From the NCBI GenBank assembly GCA_010093745.1, contig MU005977.1:1-64000 (forward strand): 64,000 nucleotides of DNA, given 5' to 3'. Positions 58,774 to 64,000 of this stretch are shown one piece after another. This stretch comes from Piedraia hortae CBS 480.64. Its lineage: Eukaryota. The notes under the pieces were generated by a model. The model searched no databases, was not told the origin of the DNA, and worked only from the letters and a program-made list of their open reading frames with translations. How positions within the stretch are numbered: position 1 is the first letter of the stretch; each line of letters starts with the position of its first letter. The translations under genes were made by a program, and so were the position numbers.

Positions 58774-61700
58774 ATGGCATTCCCCAAAGGCAAGCGTGAC
58801 AAGATTATGGACGCTCTGCGCTATGTGTGGGAACAGCTAGATTCGTCCACCGTTCATGAAGATGAAAACCAGAATGGTGAAAGCTCTGATTCAATCGATT
58901 ACCACCAATCTGCCGATGAGGACCATCACAATACATATGAGAGCCATCGCCATACCGAAGAGGATCATCACCATACCAATGATGATCATCACCATACCAA
59001 TGATGACCATCATCGTGTCAATCAAGATCACCACCGTGCCGATGAGAAGCATCGCCATTCCCTCCGCCACCTTTTACATGACCTGGACAAGCTAGGGCCA
59101 ACAGAGTACAAATGGCTAGCTCGCATTGCGAGGAAATCCACGTTGGATGAGGATTTCAACGATAGAAAGTGCGACATGGAGCACCTGATCATAGCCAGTG
59201 CACTTTTGCAACATGGCACACTCGATGATGTTCTTACCGGGAAGCTGGTAACACAACTATGGAACGATTTGGAGCATCCCCCAACGAGCTCGGTCGTTCG
59301 TCAGTACCGCATGCCAGATGGCAGCGGCAACAGCGAAAGGTTTCCGCAAATGGGCAAGTCCTTCATGCCCTACGCACGCACAGTTGCGTCGGGGATAACC
59401 CAAGCTGGAGCCCTGCCGGATCCAGGAATCCTTTTTGATACTTGCATGGCACGGGAGACTAAAGACGGCAAACCACATCCCGCCAAGATCTCCAGCATGC
59501 TGTTCTATCTCGCGTCCATCATCACCCATGACCTCTTCAAAACCAACGGTCGAGATGCTGCCATTAACGAAACTTCTTCCTATCTCGATCTTGCTCCTCT
59601 TTACGGCTCCACGTGGGAGGAGCAGAAGGAAATGCGCACAATGAAGGATGGTAAGCTCAAGCCAGATTGTTTTTCCGAAGCGAAGCTCTTGTACTTTCCG
59701 CCCGGGGTTGGAGCGTTACTAATCATGTTTAATCGCTACCACAACTGGATGGCTGAGCAGCTGGCACTGATCAACGAAGGCGGCCGCTTCACCGAGAACG
59801 AAAAACAACCAGAGGTGGAGAGGTATGGCGAGAAGATTAACAAGCGTGACGACGATCTCTTCCAGACGGCACGACTGGTAACATGCGTGCTGTATGTCAA
59901 CATAATCCTCAAGGACTATGTGCGGACCATCTTAAATCTCAATTCCTCGGGCAATAAGTGGTCGGGCACTGAGTGGAACCTGGACCCCCGAATGGAGATT
60001 GAGAACGGCCCACCGCGTGGAACAGGGAATCAAGTCAGTTGCGAATTCAATTTGGTCTACAGATGGCACGCGGCCATCTCGTCTCGGGACGCTGAGTGGA
60101 CGTCTAAGGAGTACAATAACCTCATGAAGGCAGCGGGGGTAGACGTTGATCCCTCGGAGGCTTCGGAGCCGCAGAATATATACCAGTTCTTGGGGGCTCT
60201 GCGAAAGGCTGAAGATGGCATGAAGAAGCTTGATCCGACAGAGCGACCTTTCCCACCGTCTCAGCATGAAACCCTTCAACGCATCTCCGATGGGCCATTG
60301 AAGGGTCGCTACGATGACAACCAGCTTGCGGAGATCATCACCAACGGTATCGAAGACTGCGCGAACGCTTTTGGGCCCCTGCAGACTCCGCCCATCATGA
60401 AGGTTATTGAAGTGCTCGGCATCACCCAAGCCCGCCAATGGGGCGTGGCCTCTCTTAATGAATTCCGCCAGCACTTCAACTTGAAGCCACACATGCAATT
60501 CGAGGATATCACCTCGAACACGAAAGTGCAAAAGGCTCTCAGACACTTGTACGGCACACCTGACAAGGTCGAACTCTACCCCGGGCTCATGTTGGAAGAC
60601 GCCAAACCACACATGGAGCCAGGGTCTGGGTTGTGTCCGCCGTTTACGGTGTCCCGAGCGGTGCTTGCTGATGCAGTGGCCTTGGTCCGCGGTGACTGCT
60701 TCTACACTACATCTTGTACGCCCGGCCTGCTTACCAATTTTGGCTTCAAAGAGTCGTCTTATGACACCAATATCAACTCAGGTGGTGTCTTCTACAAGCT
60801 GATGCTGCGCGCACTGCCTCAAAACTTCCATCCATGTTCAGTCTACGCCCATTTCCCCTTTACAGTGCCACACAGGATGCAAACGATCCTGCGAGACCTG
60901 GCAAAGGAGAACTTGTACAACTTCGACAAGCCGAGGCCCATTCCACGGCCGCAGCAAGTGACCAGCTACAAAGCCGCAGTAGAGCTACTGGAAAACTCAA
61001 CCAGCTACAGGGTGTTCTGGACGCCTGCGATCGAGTTCCTCATGGGAGACAAAGGGCGGAATTTCATGCTCGCCTGTGACAACTCGGCGAGCTTCAAGAG
61101 TCGAAGCTTCATGGATAAGGCGCTATATCTGAATGACGGCCGCGGAACAGAGCCCTGCGGTCAGGAGAGATGGTTCGCAGCGGTGCGGGACTTTTATACG
61201 CGCGTTGGGACCGAATTGGTCCAGCAGAACAGCTGCAAACTCGCTGGCAAGGCATACATTGACGTGCTCCGCGACGTCGGCTACCGAGCACACCCTCGGT
61301 TCTGCGCGAAGTTGTTCGGCATCCAGCTGCGGGACCCTGATCAATGCGACCCAGGCGAATTCACCGAATCATCTTTCCTCGCAGCCTTGACAAGCGTATT
61401 CACAACCGTCTTCTACGACATCGAACCAGCCAAATCGTTTGCCTTACACCAACGCGCCAAAGAAGCAGCCCGCCACCTCGGCGCAACCCTAGAATTAATC
61501 ATCGACTTCCTCGCCGTAAACGACACTTTACCCAACGGATCGCCCCACGACGAGCTGCATCAATGGGGTCACCACATGTTGCGCTCCCTCCACGCCCAGG
61601 AGCCAAACGTTGACACCTTAATCTGGACCAATCTCATCGGCACTCTAGGTGGGATGTGCACAAACCAGGTCCAAATTCTAGGCCAAGTTCTCGACTACCT

Positions 61701-62223
61701 TCTCAGCCCACAAGGACTTCAAACCGACTGGCCCGCCATCCAAAAACTCTCCCAATCCGACGACCCCGACTCCTTCGCCCAACTAATGCGCTACTTCACC
61801 GAACTCTTCCGTCTCCACGGCGAAACAGCCCTCTTCCGCGTCGTCGCAGAAGATACACCCACCCACTCCAAAGGCGATGTCGTGTTAGTAAACCTACCCG
61901 CTGCGTCGCGAGATCCAGAAGCTTTCCCTGACCCTGAATCAATCAATCTCAACCGGCCTTGGAAGGATTACATCCATCTTGGGTGGGGAATGCACAAGTG
62001 TCTAGGCGCGGAAATGACGCTCGTGGCGAATACGGCATTGTTGAGGGTGTTGGGGAGGTTGAAGGGTCTTCAGCCTGAGAGGGTCGTTGCGAGGGGTGTT
62101 AGGGGCCCGGCGAGAGTGGATAAAATTCCGTTTGGAGATTCGGGGTTCCATGCGTATCTTGATGAGAGTTGGGCGGAGACGGGGCCGTTTCCGAGGAATT
62201 TGAGGTGTGTTTATGAGGTGTAG
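58774..62223 (+). CDS. Heme dioxygenase-cytochrome P450 fusion (Ppo / linoleate diol synthase family)
   Basis: IITHDLFKT (distal His), SSYLDLAPLYG, EFNLVYRWH (catalytic Tyr, proximal His). P450 part has NQVQ, ELFR and HLGWGMHKCLG (heme Cys). Confidence 0.93.
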   Translation: MAFPKGKRDKIMDALRYVWEQLDSSTVHEDENQNGESSDSIDYHQSADEDHHNTYESHRHTEEDHHHTNDDHHHTNDDHHRVNQDHHRADEKHRHSLRHLLHDLDKLGPTEYKWLARIARKSTLDEDFNDRKCDMEHLIIASALLQHGTLDDVLTGKLVTQLWNDLEHPPTSSVVRQYRMPDGSGNSERFPQMGKSFMPYARTVASGITQAGALPDPGILFDTCMARETKDGKPHPAKISSMLFYLASIITHDLFKTNGRDAAINETSSYLDLAPLYGSTWEEQKEMRTMKDGKLKPDCFSEAKLLYFPPGVGALLIMFNRYHNWMAEQLALINEGGRFTENEKQPEVERYGEKINKRDDDLFQTARLVTCVLYVNIILKDYVRTILNLNSSGNKWSGTEWNLDPRMEIENGPPRGTGNQVSCEFNLVYRWHAAISSRDAEWTSKEYNNLMKAAGVDVDPSEASEPQNIYQFLGALRKAEDGMKKLDPTERPFPPSQHETLQRISDGPLKGRYDDNQLAEIITNGIEDCANAFGPLQTPPIMKVIEVLGITQARQWGVASLNEFRQHFNLKPHMQFEDITSNTKVQKALRHLYGTPDKVELYPGLMLEDAKPHMEPGSGLCPPFTVSRAVLADAVALVRGDCFYTTSCTPGLLTNFGFKESSYDTNINSGGVFYKLMLRALPQNFHPCSVYAHFPFTVPHRMQTILRDLAKENLYNFDKPRPIPRPQQVTSYKAAVELLENSTSYRVFWTPAIEFLMGDKGRNFMLACDNSASFKSRSFMDKALYLNDGRGTEPCGQERWFAAVRDFYTRVGTELVQQNSCKLAGKAYIDVLRDVGYRAHPRFCAKLFGIQLRDPDQCDPGEFTESSFLAALTSVFTTVFYDIEPAKSFALHQRAKEAARHLGATLELIIDFLAVNDTLPNGSPHDELHQWGHHMLRSLHAQEPNVDTLIWTNLIGTLGGMCTNQVQILGQVLDYLLSPQGLQTDWPAIQKLSQSDDPDSFAQLMRYFTELFRLHGETALFRVVAEDTPTHSKGDVVLVNLPAASRDPEAFPDPESINLNRPWKDYIHLGWGMHKCLGAEMTLVANTALLRVLGRLKGLQPERVVARGVRGPARVDKIPFGDSGFHAYLDESWAETGPFPRNLRCVYEV

Positions 62224-62478
62224 ATGGGAAGGGTGTTGGAAGTGGTCTTTTTTTTTTTTTTTTTCTCTTGCTAGTACAGTCATAGATAGCACTCCGTCTT
62301 CCTCTGTGGACGTCGGAAACATTAAAATTGCGCTGATCTTCTTTCCACTCGTAGGTTCCTGTCAATTGAAGGACGACGGGCTAGATGCGACTCAACAGAC
62401 AAGGGTGTTCTACATCATTACATTCCTGCAACCACAAATTACTTCAGAATGGAAGGGGTATCATAAATTGCATTACAT

Positions 62479-63591
62479 CTAAGGGTTTCTACCATACGGC
62501 GTTGCGCCCCCCAAGCCTCCATACGTAGTTGTATTCCCGTACGCAGGCGTGGTTGAGCCGTAGCCGGGCGTATGTCCATAAGCCGTATTCTGTCCGTACG
62601 CCGTCGTCTGCACAAATGCAGGAGTCGTACCGCCATACGCAGTCCCATAATTTGTATTCTGAACATGCGCATCAGTGATTCCGCCATCGGGATTCATAGC
62701 CTCCTTTGGAACTTCACGAATCTCATGTCCCATGTCAGTCATGTTGAGGAGATCACGCACGATGCGGGTGACTTTGTGCTGGAGGGTGTAGACAGTGTCG
62801 TTCATGATTTGCTCGGGCGGCATGACGCCGGTGCCCTCGAGGTTGATGAAGAATTGCTTCGGCTCGGCGTCGTAGTTGAACTTGTCCATTTCCTGGGGCG
62901 CTTCTTCCCACTCGGCGTTGCTGCTGACGGGCCATTCTTCCTTGGGGTTGGGGCCCTCGTGCCAGAGGGTTGTGTGGCGGAGTTTGTTGTGCGGGTCGTA
63001 CTCGAACCCGATGGCTGCCGTGGGAACCCACTTGGCGTGCTCTTTTCCAATGCCTTTCTTCGCGATGCAACGCAGACGTAGCTCCTGACCGCGTCGGAGT
63101 TGGCAAATAAGAGCACCGTTGCCGGACGGATCGGTGATAACAGGCATGCCGCGCGGAGGGAGCTCGTCCTCGTGGCCGATGCCGGGTCGCTGAAGCGTAT
63201 TACCGCTGATGGTCTCGGTAAACAGGTCCTTGGCGTATACTTTGACGTTTTGATCGGAGCTGCGGTTCGCAGCATGCAGACGCAAGATGACAGCGCAGTT
63301 GTCGCACAGCTCGTCGCAATTGCAGTCGCGAGTATACGCCATCTGATCCATCTCGCGCGAAACCAGGGGAATCATACCCAGACGGTGCGCGAGAAACTCG
63401 TCCGCCAGGACCGACGTGTTGGTTTCAATCTCCACCAGGTCAATCGCAATCGTCGGCACCTCAGACAACATGACGCGGCGCAGGCTGTTGGCCATGGCGA
63501 GCGACGTGTTCCTCAGCACGAACTCGATCATCGTCGGAGTCGCATTACGGATGCTGACCTGCAGTTCATTTTCGTAGTCGTACGCGTCCAT
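62479..63591 (-). CDS. RPB3: RNA polymerase II subunit 3
   Basis: ANSLRRVMLSEVPTIAIDLV, NTSVLADEFLAHRLGMIPL, CNCDELCDNC, AKKGIGKEHAKW, FEYDPHNKLRH. Confidence 0.97.
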   Translation of the reverse strand: MDAYDYENELQVSIRNATPTMIEFVLRNTSLAMANSLRRVMLSEVPTIAIDLVEIETNTSVLADEFLAHRLGMIPLVSREMDQMAYTRDCNCDELCDNCAVILRLHAANRSSDQNVKVYAKDLFTETISGNTLQRPGIGHEDELPPRGMPVITDPSGNGALICQLRRGQELRLRCIAKKGIGKEHAKWVPTAAIGFEYDPHNKLRHTTLWHEGPNPKEEWPVSSNAEWEEAPQEMDKFNYDAEPKQFFINLEGTGVMPPEQIMNDTVYTLQHKVTRIVRDLLNMTDMGHEIREVPKEAMNPDGGITDAHVQNTNYGTAYGGTTPAFVQTTAYGQNTAYGHTPGYGSTTPAYGNTTTYGGLGGATPYGRNP

Positions 63592-63736
63592 GGTGATGTG
63601 GAGGAGAAGGAAAACGCGTCCCAGCTGGAAGCTGTGGAAATTCTTGGGTCAAGTGATGCTAGCGCCGGCCCCTCCCGTCACAACCCTGCGGTGAACGCCC
63701 CGCGTTCACCTCAGCAGCCCCGCATCGCGCAACAAC

Positions 63737-63985
63737 ATGGCAGACTCCCAGCCAGCAGACGGCTTTCGCGAATCCGACTTTGTACCAGACGCTGAAAAGG
63801 GGCAGCAGCGAGAAGCCATCGAGCAGTTTGAGTTGGATCGCGGACAGCCCACCCAAGAAGACACGGAGTTGGAGCAGCTGCGAAACGAGTTCCCAAGCGT
63901 AGATGGCAGCCTCATTGCGGCCTTATATGGAGACCACCAGAATGCGGCAGCAGTACGCGAGGTGTTGAATGCGATTGCAAAGTGA
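63737..63985 (+). CDS. Small CUE-like domain protein
   Basis: LEQLRNEFPSVDGSLIAALY contains the FP motif and helical spacing of CUE domains. Confidence 0.7.
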   Translation: MADSQPADGFRESDFVPDAEKGQQREAIEQFELDRGQPTQEDTELEQLRNEFPSVDGSLIAALYGDHQNAAAVREVLNAIAK

Positions 63986-64000
63986 GGAGTCTGGGACTAT

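Noticed and set aside
1..64000. tRNA, rRNA or CRISPR arrays
   Set aside because: None recognised by eye; the repeats are dispersed LTRs, not repeat-spacer arrays. A tRNAscan/Rfam run would be needed to exclude small RNA genes.

Overview
Fungal (ascomycete, probably Dothideomycete-like; inferred) nuclear DNA with short 43-57 nt GT-AG introns. Compact blocks of conserved genes alternate with islands of transposon relics and pseudogenes. The conserved genes are: SUN-domain protein, pyruvate dehydrogenase kinase, acetyl-CoA synthetase, WDR62/MABP1-like WD40, GatC/F, Sec17, Mms22/Mus7, Utp7, an HMG-box factor, Tsc13, a Ppo/linoleate diol synthase, Rpb3 and a CUE protein. The islands hold nine solo LTRs from three families (eight with 5-bp target-site duplications), a probable fourth-family LTR, a degenerate Tad1-like LINE, and copia and Tc1 fragments. 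Main observations: (1) every LTR family carries a stem / U-rich internal loop / stem hairpin near its inferred 5' end, resembling the poly(A)-clamping ENE triple-helix element, conserved in structure across otherwise dissimilar LTRs; (2) a divergent Dcp1-like gene with a ~1150-aa tail sits head-to-head with a tail-less, disrupted Dcp2-like copy; (3) the SUN gene is split by a single in-frame TAG; (4) a Tsp3 tetraspanin and a tandem orphan gene copy are disrupted by LTR insertions. All family assignments come from motif recognition by eye; no database search was run.
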